From: Nitrospirota bacterium
GTDB taxonomy: Bacteria > Nitrospirota > UBA9217
DNA: 64,000 bases
Direction: 5' to 3'
Assembly: GCA_963663225.1 (NCBI GenBank)
Contig: OY760142.1
Coordinates: 800,001-864,000 of the forward strand
Made by a program: the position numbers and the translations under genes. Below, one piece after another: positions 1 through 9,199 of the stretch. The notes under the pieces were generated by a model. The model made no database searches and was not told the origin of the DNA. It saw only the letters and a list, made by a program, of their open reading frames with translations. Numbering within the stretch: position 1 is the stretch's first letter; every line of letters begins with the position of its first letter.

Positions 1-369
1 GCTTGTCTACGGTATGTGGGGCACCGTGAATGGTGCAGGACTCGCTCTGCTCACCATGCTGGCAGCGTCTGTGCTGCTCGGCGTGGCATTGGGAATACGG
101 TATCATGCGCGGGGATGGTGCTCTCTTTGCCCGGTAGGAACTCTGGCCAATGCATGTTCGCTCAACAGGCATCATCTGCGGATTGATATATCCTGTCGAA
201 GCTGCGGTGTGTGCGAACTGTATGCGGGATGATGGTATGCCCCATGCAATTAAACCCCGCACAATACCGCAGGTATGGTGAAATGCGGGATGATGACTGC
301 ATACACTGCATGTGTTGTGCCTTCGTCTGCCCGCAAAAGGCGATTGCCCCCCGCAAACAACGGAGCTGA
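1..369 (+). pseudogene. 4Fe-4S-binding membrane protein (polyferredoxin/NapH-like), 5'-truncated by the window and frameshifted
   Basis: Frame is open from the window start with WCSLCPVG and CRSCGVCEL and stops at TGA 230-232. The continuation VCPMQLNP...[17 protein letters not shown] lies in another frame and ends at TGA 367-369. Deleting 221-234 (14 nt) restores CxxCxxCxxxCP. Confidence 0.7.
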
Positions 370-419
370 TGCTGCATTGCTCGGAACTCAAAACCTTTCT
401 TTTTCGAAAAGGAGACCGC

Positions 420-1010
420 ATGCCGAGAAAGGCGAAAATCGAACGAAGAACAAAGGAAACGCAGATAAAAATCGACCTGAACCTGGATGGCACCGGCATC
501 TACAACATAAAAACATCGGTGCCGTTCATGGACCACATGTTCTCGCATGTAGCCAAACATGGCTTTTTCGATCTCACGGTAAAGGCAACGGGTGATACCG
601 AAATCGACGACCATCACACGGTCGAGGACCTGGGCATTGCCTTCGGCCAAACCCTTAAAAAGGCCCTGGGCGACAGTAAAGGCATCAGGCGGTATGGAGA
701 GGCAACGGTCCCCATGGATGAAACACTGGCCCAGGTGGTGATGGATTTATCAGGCAGGCCTTTTCTCGTGTACGAGGTGGAACTGCCGAAAAAATACAAG
801 CTCAAAGAGTTTGATCCTGGACTCGCTGAGGATTTCTTTCAGTCTGTGGTGAATCATGCCGGAATGAATCTTCACATCCGCCTCCTGTACGGACGGGACG
901 TACACCATATGCTCGAAGGAATCTTCAAGGCCTTCGGGCGCGCTCTTGACCAGGCAACGGCTCTCGATCCCCGGATCAAGGGCATTCTCTCGACAAAAGG
1001 AAAAATTTAA
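420..1010 (+). CDS. hisB: imidazoleglycerol-phosphate dehydratase
   Basis: [16 protein letters not shown] and [15 protein letters not shown] motifs; GGAG RBS before ATG 420. Confidence 0.97.
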   Translation: MPRKAKIERRTKETQIKIDLNLDGTGIYNIKTSVPFMDHMFSHVAKHGFFDLTVKATGDTEIDDHHTVEDLGIAFGQTLKKALGDSKGIRRYGEATVPMDETLAQVVMDLSGRPFLVYEVELPKKYKLKEFDPGLAEDFFQSVVNHAGMNLHIRLLYGRDVHHMLEGIFKAFGRALDQATALDPRIKGILSTKGKI

Positions 1011-1104
1011 GTTCTGCTTACCACGGAGACCGTATAGGAAAGAACGGAGTGTTTTCGTTGCGCCACTCGTCTGATACGCTTTTCGTGACGGAGACGTTTA
1101 TAGC

Positions 1105-1722
1105 ATGATAGCAATTATTGATTACGGCATGGGGAATTTGCGAAGCGTGCAAAAAGGATTTGAACGCGTGGGATGCGAAGCCCTGGTGACCAGGGATGCA
1201 AAAACCATCCTGAATGCCGACAAGGTTGTGCTGCCCGGAGTGGGCGCATTTCCCGATTGCATGAGAAATCTGGAACAATATGGACTCGTCGAACCGGTCC
1301 ACAAAACCATCAGCGCCGGAAAGCCCTTTCTCGGCATCTGCCTGGGCCTTCAGCTGCTCTTTACCGAAAGCGAGGAATTCGGACTGTCAAAAGGGCTGGG
1401 CATCATCAAAGGCAGAGTGATCCGTTTTCAGGGACCGGCATTCACGGACCTTAAGGTGCCGCACATGGGATGGAATTCCCTTTCCATCAAACGAAAGGCC
1501 CCGGCGCTTCAGGATGTTCCGGACAAGAGCAACGTGTATTTCGTCCATTCCTTTTACGTAGTACCGGAGGACCCGGACATTATTGCCACAACAACAACGT
1601 ATGGCGTAGAATTTGTTTCAAGCATCTGGAAAGACAATATCTATGCAACGCAGTTTCACCCGGAGAAAAGCCAGGCGCTGGGGCTGTCTATCCTGAAACA
1701 TTTCGGACTGCAAAAAAGCTGA
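1105..1722 (+). CDS. hisH: imidazole glycerol phosphate synthase, glutaminase subunit
   Basis: IIDYGMGNL, GICLGLQ, PHMGWN, QFHPEKS. Confidence 0.97.
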   Translation: MIAIIDYGMGNLRSVQKGFERVGCEALVTRDAKTILNADKVVLPGVGAFPDCMRNLEQYGLVEPVHKTISAGKPFLGICLGLQLLFTESEEFGLSKGLGIIKGRVIRFQGPAFTDLKVPHMGWNSLSIKRKAPALQDVPDKSNVYFVHSFYVVPEDPDIIATTTTYGVEFVSSIWKDNIYATQFHPEKSQALGLSILKHFGLQKS

Positions 1723-1796
1723 TTCAGTCCGCAGAGGTACGGAAGGCTCTTCACTGAACCATCCTCTGCATCAACCATCATACAAAGGACAACTCT

Positions 1797-2543
1797 ATGC
1801 TGATCATTCCGGCAATCGATTTAAAAGACGGTAAATGCGTCCGCCTCCAGCAGGGGCTCATGGACAAGGCGACAATTTATTCCGATGATCCCGCCGCCAC
1901 GGCGCACCACTGGGAATCACAGGGAGCTGAACTGCTGCATGTCGTGGACCTGGACGGCGCCTTTGCGGGTGTTTCCAGGAATCTCGCAGCCATCAAGGCA
2001 ATCCGGAGCGCCGTCACAATGACAATTGAAGTCGGCGGCGGAATTCGGGACATCGCCGCGATAGACACGCTGGCATCCATCGGGATCAACCGCATCATCC
2101 TCGGGACCGCCGCAATCGAGAACCCTGCGTTCGTCCGCGAAGCATGCAAAAAGTTTCCGGGAAAGATTATCGTCGGTATCGATGCAAAGGACGGTATGGT
2201 TGCGATCAAAGGCTGGGCCGAAGTGACCAGTATGCAGGCCGTGGATCTGGCGATGCAAATGCAGGAAGCCGGGGCCACTGCCATTATCTACACGGACATA
2301 AAGCGGGACGGGATGTTGTCCGGCCCGAACATCACGGCCACGAAAACTCTGGCGGACGCCCTGCATATCCCGGTCATCGCATCGGGCGGCGTGTCGACAA
2401 TGCAGGACATTCAGGATATCCTGGCCGCACGACACTCCGGAATCAGCGGCGTGATAACCGGCAAGGCGATTTATAACGGCTCCCTCAATTTGAGGGAAGC
2501 TATTACCTTTGTCAAGCTGAACGACAACCTCTGCGCAAGGTAA
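1797..2543 (+). CDS. hisA: ProFAR isomerase
   Basis: [37 protein letters not shown]. Confidence 0.97.
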   Translation: MLIIPAIDLKDGKCVRLQQGLMDKATIYSDDPAATAHHWESQGAELLHVVDLDGAFAGVSRNLAAIKAIRSAVTMTIEVGGGIRDIAAIDTLASIGINRIILGTAAIENPAFVREACKKFPGKIIVGIDAKDGMVAIKGWAEVTSMQAVDLAMQMQEAGATAIIYTDIKRDGMLSGPNITATKTLADALHIPVIASGGVSTMQDIQDILAARHSGISGVITGKAIYNGSLNLREAITFVKLNDNLCAR

Positions 2544-2593
2544 CGATACGCTCTTTTTTCAACACTGATGTGAAAGGACAGCAGGACCTCGTT

Positions 2594-3448
2594 ATGTTAA
2601 CCAAAAGAATCATCCCGTGCCTCGACGTGAAGGCCGGACGAGTAGTCAAGGGCGTAAGCTTTCTGAATCTGCGCGACGCGGGCGATCCGGTGGAAATCGC
2701 CAAAATTTACGATGAACAAGGCGCGGATGAGCTGACGTTTCTGGACATTACCGCATCCCATGAAGAACGCGGCATTATTCTTGATGTCGTCCGCCGCACC
2801 GCGGAACAGGTCTTCATGCCACTTACGGTGGGCGGCGGCATAAAAACGATCGACGACATCAGAAATCTGCTGCTCGCCGGCTGCGATAAGGTTTCCATCA
2901 ATACCTCGGCGGTCCATGATCCGGAATTCATCAAAAACGCATCCCTGCGTTTTGGCAGCCAGTGCATTGTTGTTGCCATTGACGCGAAACGGGTGGTCGC
3001 GTATTCACAGGACTTCAAGCCTCCGCTCACCTGGGCAGGCGATCCGAAATATAAATCCCTTTTCCTCGGCCATTCCGAGCTTCCACGCCAATCCATGTTG
3101 CAATGGGAAGTCTATACTCACGGGGGCAGAAATCCGATGGGAATCGATGCGGTTGCGTGGGCAAAAAAGATGGAAGAGTACGGCGCGGGAGAAATTCTAC
3201 TCACCAGTATGGACCAGGACGGTCAGAAAACCGGCTATGATCTTGAACTGACGCGAACAATCGCTGAAGCAGTTTCCATTCCGGTCATAGCGTCCGGCGG
3301 CGTTGGGAACCTTGAACACATCTATGAAGGGTTTGCCAGGGGAAAAGCAGACGCGGCACTGGCAGCGTCCATCTTTCATTTCCGGGAATTCACCATCAGG
3401 CAGGCAAAAGAGTATTTGCAGGAGCGGGGCGTGCCGGTGAGGCTGTAA
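2594..3448 (+). CDS. hisF: imidazole glycerol phosphate synthase, cyclase subunit, with an internal insertion
   Basis: [39 protein letters not shown]. Confidence 0.96.
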   Translation: MLTKRIIPCLDVKAGRVVKGVSFLNLRDAGDPVEIAKIYDEQGADELTFLDITASHEERGIILDVVRRTAEQVFMPLTVGGGIKTIDDIRNLLLAGCDKVSINTSAVHDPEFIKNASLRFGSQCIVVAIDAKRVVAYSQDFKPPLTWAGDPKYKSLFLGHSELPRQSMLQWEVYTHGGRNPMGIDAVAWAKKMEEYGAGEILLTSMDQDGQKTGYDLELTRTIAEAVSIPVIASGGVGNLEHIYEGFARGKADAALAASIFHFREFTIRQAKEYLQERGVPVRL

Positions 3449-3503
3449 GGGCAGGCTGCTGAAGCAGGGTCACGCCATCTGGGACCGTTTGCGATGGTCA
3501 GGG

Positions 3504-3893
3504 TCAGAAATACTTTTCTCCAAGAAAGTGCAGCGTTGTCTTGATAAGCTCCGCCATGTTCACCGGCTTGGTCAGATAGCCGTTCGCGCCGAGTGACAGC
3601 CCCACATTCCGATCATTGCTCTCCCCCTTCGTCGTGATAATCACAATGGGAACATCACTCTTGAGCCTAGTGCGGACCTGCCGGATCAGTTCCGCGCCAT
3701 CCATTTCAGGCATGACCATGTCCGTCAGGACCAAGTCGAACCGATTGCTTTCAAGCTTCGCAAGCGCGTCCTGTCCATTCACCGCCTCGGTAGTCTTGAC
3801 GCCGAGCATCCGTCTCAGGTTTATCACGAGGAGCATTCGCATGATCGTGGAGTCATCCACGATCAGAACAGCTTTATCGCTCAGATTAAACAT
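3504..3893 (-). CDS. single-domain response regulator (CheY-like)
   Basis: LIVDDS, LTDMVMPEMDG, YLTKP receiver motifs. Confidence 0.9.
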   Translation of the reverse strand: MFNLSDKAVLIVDDSTIMRMLLVINLRRMLGVKTTEAVNGQDALAKLESNRFDLVLTDMVMPEMDGAELIRQVRTRLKSDVPIVIITTKGESNDRNVGLSLGANGYLTKPVNMAELIKTTLHFLGEKYF

Positions 3894-3925
3894 AGAAAGC
3901 CTTCGTGGGTCGGAGGATTGCGATA

Positions 3926-3967
3926 AAAATCAGAAGGCGGGATGGCCCACCCCGCCTTCGTGATTTT
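3926..3967. terminator. GC-rich hairpin (possible terminator after adk)
   Basis: aaaatca-gaaggcggg-N9-cccgccttc-g-tgatttt inverted repeat. Confidence 0.5.
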
Positions 3968-4053
3968 CACGCCGAAGCAAAATTAGTGCCCGTTACCGGC
4001 CGATGTACACGCATCATGGATTCCCTCACGATTACAGTCCGGCTCCGTTTTGC

Positions 4054-4707
4054 CTACTGCCTCGCGGCAACGCCGTTCTGAATCGTTTTTGCGATTGTTT
4101 CCGTGTTCGTCTCTCGCACAGCCAGCAGCATGTTTTTTTTCTCATAGTACCCGATCAAGGGGGATGTCTTCTCATTGTAGACATCCAGACGCTTTGTAAT
4201 CGCTTCTACCGTTTCATCTGCGCGCTGAATCACCGGGCTGCCGCATTTCCGGCAGGTGTCGTTCGGTCCCGGAGGATTGCTTTTTACGTTATAAATTTCC
4301 TGGCACGAAGGATTCGAACAAGTCCTGCGTGTCGTCAGCCGGTCGAGGATCACTTCGCGCGGCACGTCAAGGTTTACCGCCAGATCGAGCCTGATGTTCA
4401 GTTTTTTCAGCAGAGCATCAAGCGCCTCCGCCTGTGGAATGGTTCTGGGAAATCCATCGAGCAGAAATCCCTTCTCTACGTCCTTTTCCCGAAGCCTCTG
4501 CTCCATAATTCCCATGATAAGCGAGTCAGGAACGAGGTCTCCCCGGTCAATATAACCTTGGGCTTCCTTGCCGAGCGGGGTCCCGGCCTTTACCGCACCA
4601 CGAAGAATATCTCCGGTAGATATCTGCACGGAACCGTCCAGTCTCGTCAAAACTTTTGCCACCGTACCTTTTCCTGCGCCCGGGGCGCCTAACAAAATAA
4701 TTCTCAT
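4054..4707 (-). CDS. adk: adenylate kinase with Cys4 zinc LID
   Basis: GAPGAGKGT, STGDILR, LDGFPRT, QRADE; LID CSNPSC...CRKC. Confidence 0.97.
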   Translation of the reverse strand: MRIILLGAPGAGKGTVAKVLTRLDGSVQISTGDILRGAVKAGTPLGKEAQGYIDRGDLVPDSLIMGIMEQRLREKDVEKGFLLDGFPRTIPQAEALDALLKKLNIRLDLAVNLDVPREVILDRLTTRRTCSNPSCQEIYNVKSNPPGPNDTCRKCGSPVIQRADETVEAITKRLDVYNEKTSPLIGYYEKKNMLLAVRETNTETIAKTIQNGVAARQ

Positions 4708-4852
4708 CCAACAGCCTCCTCACCTGCAAATGCAAAATATTTTTTTTATTATCATATGAACGGGAGGGGAAATCAAGAAAAAAGTCGCTGGAGAACGGAA
4801 CAAGAATTGTAGCGCTGGGACGGTATGCATCGGAAAAGCTTTTCTTTTTGTT

Positions 4853-5866
4853 TCACAGCAGCGGAAAATGACAGGCAACCTGGTGTGCATCAGTTATGTC
4901 GCGGAGTCGCGGTTCGCTTGCGGGATCCGCGCAGATTTCAGGCCTGCCCTTAGACTCATAAACCGGGCACCGGGGCGCGAACCGGCATCCGGTGAGTGGC
5001 CGTTCAAAATCGAACACACCCCAGTTTTTTCCCTGTGCCGGCGGGAAAGCACGGGTAGCTTCTTTGCTCTGTTTTTCAACAAGAGAAGACCACAGCACAC
5101 GCGTATACGGATGGCAGGGTTTGCCTGCGACGCGGCCGGTGAGGCCCATCTCCACGATCTTTCCCAGATACATGACCCCGACTTTGTGGCTGACAAGTTC
5201 GACCACGCGCAGATCGTGCGAAATGAACAGATAGGAAAGATGCAGCTGTTTCTGAAGGTCCCGAAGCAGATTGACAACCTGCGCCTGGATCGACACATCA
5301 AGAGCGCTCGTGGGTTCGTCGGCGACGATCATCCGCGCCCCCACGGACAGGACACGCGCAACTCCTACGCGCCGTTTTTCACCGCCGGAAAGCTCGTGCG
5401 GGAAATTCGAAAGCTTGCTCTTTTTTAGATTCACCTGCTCGAGCAGTTCACTGATGCGCCTGTCCAGTTCAGCACCGCCCGCCTGGTGATGAAGCGTAAT
5501 GGCTTCTTTCAGAATGTCGCGAATGCGCATCTTGGGATTCAGCGCCGCATCCAGGTCCTGAAAGATCATCTGCATTTGTCCCCGCAGTTGACGGACTTCT
5601 TCATGCGGCATCTGGGTGATATCCCTGCCGTCAAAAATGATACGGCCCGCCGTAGCCGGTGTGAGTCTCAGAATGGTCCTGCCGATCGTGGTTTTTCCAC
5701 AGCCGGACTCTCCTACAAGCCCCATTGTTTCATTTTCCTTAAGATAAAAGCTGACCCCGTCCACAGCAGGAATGGACGGCATATTTTCTTTCAGAACAGA
5801 AAAAAAGCCTTTATGATGGGCAAAATGCTTTTTCAGGTCGATGACTTCAAGAATTGTTTTTGTCAT
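4853..5866 (-). CDS. peptide/nickel ABC transporter ATPase (OppF/DppF-like)
   Basis: GESGCGKT, LSGGEKRR, VADEPTSALD, C-terminal GCRFAPRC...VACH. Confidence 0.92.
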   Translation of the reverse strand: MTKTILEVIDLKKHFAHHKGFFSVLKENMPSIPAVDGVSFYLKENETMGLVGESGCGKTTIGRTILRLTPATAGRIIFDGRDITQMPHEEVRQLRGQMQMIFQDLDAALNPKMRIRDILKEAITLHHQAGGAELDRRISELLEQVNLKKSKLSNFPHELSGGEKRRVGVARVLSVGARMIVADEPTSALDVSIQAQVVNLLRDLQKQLHLSYLFISHDLRVVELVSHKVGVMYLGKIVEMGLTGRVAGKPCHPYTRVLWSSLVEKQSKEATRAFPPAQGKNWGVFDFERPLTGCRFAPRCPVYESKGRPEICADPASEPRLRDITDAHQVACHFPLL

Positions 5867-5949
5867 GATATCGTCTTCCCGGATGAACAGCGCAGCATCT
5901 CAAGGAAAGAAATCACCTCTGCCTCTGCCAGCGCACGCCCCGATGTCGC

Positions 5950-7065
5950 TCAGCACGCGACTTCTTGAAAATACAACCAGCACCGTACCCGGTGACCGGG
6001 TGAGATTTCCCGCAGTTCCGGTTCGCTCATCATGCAACGTTCTTTGACCGAAGACGTCATGCGTGCGCACCGTCCATAGAACCGGCAGCCTTGCGGGATA
6101 TTGATGGTATCAAGAACATCGCCTTCAATCGCCTGCAGCCGCCCTTGTTCGCTCATATGCTCTCCGGAGGGAACGGAAGCGAGGAGCGCCTGAGTGTACG
6201 GATGCTTTGACGAAAATGAAGGGGCAAGCACGTCTCCGGCAGGACCGGACTCGACAACCGTCCCTCCATACATGACCGCAACGCTGTCTGAAAGCCGCGC
6301 AATAACGCTGATGTCATGGCTGATGAGCATGGTCGTTATTCCTAATTCCGCTTTGAGTTCCGCCAGCAGATCAACGATCTTGGACTGGATCGTGGCGTCC
6401 AGCCCTGTCGTGGGTTCGTCAGCAATCAATAGCGCCGGTTCGCAGGCAAGCGCCATGGCAATCATGGCACGCTGGCACATGCCTCCCGAAAGGCCAAAGG
6501 GATAGTTGTCAAAGCGGAGGCAGGGAGAGTCTATCTTCACCCGTTCAAGCCAGTACAGCGTCCGTTCCTTCGCTTCTTTTCCGTTTTTCAAGGCCGTGTG
6601 CAAAAGGATAGATTCCGCGATCTGCTTTCCTACCGGTGTGAATGGATTCAGCGAGGACTTGGGGTTCTGAAAAATCATGGCGATTTCCTTGCCGCGTATC
6701 ATGTGCATGGAACGCTCAACGTTCTTGTTCCACCCTCTGTGGTCCTTGCTCACGGTCATGATTTTGTCATTATTTTTCGTGAGCGTAACGTAGCCGGCAA
6801 GGTCCTGAAGCAGGTTCTTCCGGATGTCGCGAGCTTTGAAGCCGATCTTGCCGCTGATTACCCCCGGCCCCGCGCTGATCAAGCCCATGACGGACAGCGC
6901 TGTTATGCTCTTGCCGCTGCCGCTCTCTCCCACCACGCCGAGCGTTTCACCCGGGGCAATTTCCAAACTCACACCGTCTACGGACCTGACAAATGCCCTT
7001 TTGCTGCGCGAGTAAAAATAGGTGCGCAGGTCTTCTATTTTGAGAAGCGGAGAGGCGCTCGTCAT
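5950..7065 (-). CDS. peptide/nickel ABC transporter ATPase (OppD/DppD-like)
   Basis: GESGSGKS, LSGGMCQR, IADEPTTGLD, GCRFYGRC; ATG 7065 overlaps the permease stop (ATGA). Confidence 0.92.
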   Translation of the reverse strand: MTSASPLLKIEDLRTYFYSRSKRAFVRSVDGVSLEIAPGETLGVVGESGSGKSITALSVMGLISAGPGVISGKIGFKARDIRKNLLQDLAGYVTLTKNNDKIMTVSKDHRGWNKNVERSMHMIRGKEIAMIFQNPKSSLNPFTPVGKQIAESILLHTALKNGKEAKERTLYWLERVKIDSPCLRFDNYPFGLSGGMCQRAMIAMALACEPALLIADEPTTGLDATIQSKIVDLLAELKAELGITTMLISHDISVIARLSDSVAVMYGGTVVESGPAGDVLAPSFSSKHPYTQALLASVPSGEHMSEQGRLQAIEGDVLDTINIPQGCRFYGRCARMTSSVKERCMMSEPELREISPGHRVRCWLYFQEVAC

Positions 7066-7958
7066 GTTCCCCTCTTTTTGCCCTCGAGCATGTTGTTCAA
7101 ACCGTCGCCGAGCAGATGAAATCCGAGAATGGTGAATAAAATCGCGAGCGCGGGGGCCGTGGAGGGCCAGAACTTCCCCTGCATAAAATAATTTGCTCCG
7201 GCCTGCACCATGTTCCCCCATGACGGTGCAGGCTCCTGCACGCCGAATCCGAGATAGCTGAGGGAGGTCTCCATTAAAATCGCCTCGCCCATGCCCAGGG
7301 TCGCCTGGATAATCAAAATCGTCCGGCAGTTATGCCATAGAATGTGTTTCAGAATAATTGTCCTAAGCGGCAGCCCCAGCGCGGTGTCGGCTTCGATAAA
7401 GTTTTTTTGTTTCAGAAAAAGGATTTTGCCTTTGACAAGCGATGCAACAACCGGCACGTTCGTAAGTCCTACCACGATCATGATGTAGTAAATGTTCGGT
7501 TTGAACGCCGCAATTACCAGCAGAATCAACACGAGACGGGGAAAAGAATCCACCAGATTGATGAAGTAGGTTATGATGGTGTCGACAGCTCCACGGCGAT
7601 ATCCTGCAAGCACGCCAAACACGGTACCGAGCAGCAGCGCGATAAAAACCGCAAGCAGGCCCGGCAGAAAATACGCCTGAATGCCCACGATCATGCGCGA
7701 AAGAATGTCGCGTCCCAAAAAATCCGTGCCCAGCACATGCCCCCCGACGCCCGGCGGCGCCATCATAAGGGCAAGATCAATGTCATTCGGATCATACGGC
7801 AGAAGATGAAGAGATCCCAGAACATAAGAACCCAGGACAACGATGATGATGAACAGGCCGTACGCTACGTATGCGAGGTCAACGGGCTCCGCTCTTTTCC
7901 AGAACGGCAGGTCCGAAAATTCGCTGATTTCGCCGGATATTTGGGAATATGTTTTCAT
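7062..7958 (-). CDS. peptide ABC transporter permease (OppC-like)
   Basis: HVLGTDFLGRD, ETSLSYLGFG, PSWG, LLGDGL. Confidence 0.92.
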   Translation of the reverse strand: MKTYSQISGEISEFSDLPFWKRAEPVDLAYVAYGLFIIIVVLGSYVLGSLHLLPYDPNDIDLALMMAPPGVGGHVLGTDFLGRDILSRMIVGIQAYFLPGLLAVFIALLLGTVFGVLAGYRRGAVDTIITYFINLVDSFPRLVLILLVIAAFKPNIYYIMIVVGLTNVPVVASLVKGKILFLKQKNFIEADTALGLPLRTIILKHILWHNCRTILIIQATLGMGEAILMETSLSYLGFGVQEPAPSWGNMVQAGANYFMQGKFWPSTAPALAILFTILGFHLLGDGLNNMLEGKKRGT

Positions 7959-8035
7959 ACGAGTCAATTCTAGCTATTCAAAAAAAGTGTGCACTTTTTT
8001 TTACAGCCAGGTCATTTTTACAGGTATCCGGGTCG

Positions 8036-9001
8036 TCATTCTTTCGATGCCCGCGGATTTACCGCCACATAAACCAGCCGCTGAAACAAGCCTCCCAGAC
8101 GCACGAAAATGGCTGCCAGAATCGCAATGCCCATGATGACAGGATAGTCGCGGTCCTGTGCGGCCTGCCACGCCATTCTCCCCATGCCCGGCCAGTTAAA
8201 CACCTGTTCGACGATAACGGCACCGCCGAGAATAAAAGGAATTTTGGAAGCAATGATCTCGGTGACCGGAATAAGCAGGCCTTCCTTGAAAAAATGCTTC
8301 CATACCGCCGCGCCTTTTGCCTTGGCCGTGCGGAGGTAGTCTTCTGCCAGAACCCGTTCCATCTCAGCACGTAAAAAACGGATTACTTCGCTTATCGTGC
8401 CGTTGCCGACGCCGAGAACAAAAATCGGCAGCAGCAGATAAAGCCATTTGAAATGCTGCGGCGTACTCGAAAATCCGAAGGCAAGCGGAAACAGCCCCAG
8501 TTTGTGCATGAAAAAATAGATGACGATATACCCAAGCCAGAATACCGGAATTGCGGAAACAATATAGGCAGCCATCGTGAGGGGCCAGGAAATTTTTGTT
8601 GTTCCGCGCATGGCAGAGTAAACCGCAATGGGCGCTGCGATCAAGAGCGTAACGAGCAGGGAGCCGAGAGTAAGAACAAGCGTGTTCCATCCGACGCGCA
8701 GCACCTCGGAAAGCACCGGCAGGCCTGTCCGGATGGATGTTCCGAAATTGCCGTGCAGCATTTCCATGAACCAGGAAAAATACTGCGCATACCACGATTT
8801 CGGAACTCCTAACGCTTCACGCACACCCGCGCGCGCCTCCGCTGAGTAAAGCTGTCCTTCGAGGAGAAGACTAAACGGGTCTCCCGGAGAAAGATACAGA
8901 ATGATAAAAACCACAAAACTCACCCCAAGGAGCAGGACCGCTGTAATCGCCAGCTCTTTTGACAGCACAAGGGCTATAGGCCGGACCGCTGATAGCTTCA
9001 T
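8036..9001 (-). CDS. peptide ABC transporter permease (OppB-like)
   Basis: PGDP, GNFGTS, DYLRTAKAKG, EQVFNWPGMG, RDYP. Confidence 0.92.
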   Translation of the reverse strand: MKLSAVRPIALVLSKELAITAVLLLGVSFVVFIILYLSPGDPFSLLLEGQLYSAEARAGVREALGVPKSWYAQYFSWFMEMLHGNFGTSIRTGLPVLSEVLRVGWNTLVLTLGSLLVTLLIAAPIAVYSAMRGTTKISWPLTMAAYIVSAIPVFWLGYIVIYFFMHKLGLFPLAFGFSSTPQHFKWLYLLLPIFVLGVGNGTISEVIRFLRAEMERVLAEDYLRTAKAKGAAVWKHFFKEGLLIPVTEIIASKIPFILGGAVIVEQVFNWPGMGRMAWQAAQDRDYPVIMGIAILAAIFVRLGGLFQRLVYVAVNPRASKE

Positions 9002-9081
9002 GCTTTTCTATGCTCCTTACGCCTCCACTAAATCAGATCATGGTTCTTTCTCTCAAACCTGCCGAGACGGCACCGGCTAAT

Positions 9082-9180
9082 CAGTACTGATCATCCTCCT
9101 TTGTATATGCCGGGAAAGGGTTGTGCCCTCTCTTCAGTGCGAAGAGAGGGCACAGGGGGAGGGAGGATGAAGCCGTACTG
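9082..9180. repeat. nested inverted repeat (long stem-loop) between the SBP and permease genes
   Basis: Perfect 14-bp stem 9122-9135/9141-9154, flanked by tcatcctcc/ggaggatga (9091-9099/9162-9170) and cagtac/gtactg (9082-9087/9175-9180). Confidence 0.8.
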
Positions 9181-9199
9181 CAAGTTCTCTGTATAAAAT

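Noticed and set aside
1731-1769. gcagagg/cctctgc inverted repeat and similar short motifs in his intergenic gaps as a REP family
   Set aside because: Matches are 7-8 bp and too degenerate to define a repeat family from this window.
5900-5960. Cys-TGA at the end of the OppD-like gene (and TGA ending hdrB) as possible Sec
   Set aside because: Both proteins are already complete, and no SECIS-like hairpin or conserved continuation follows.
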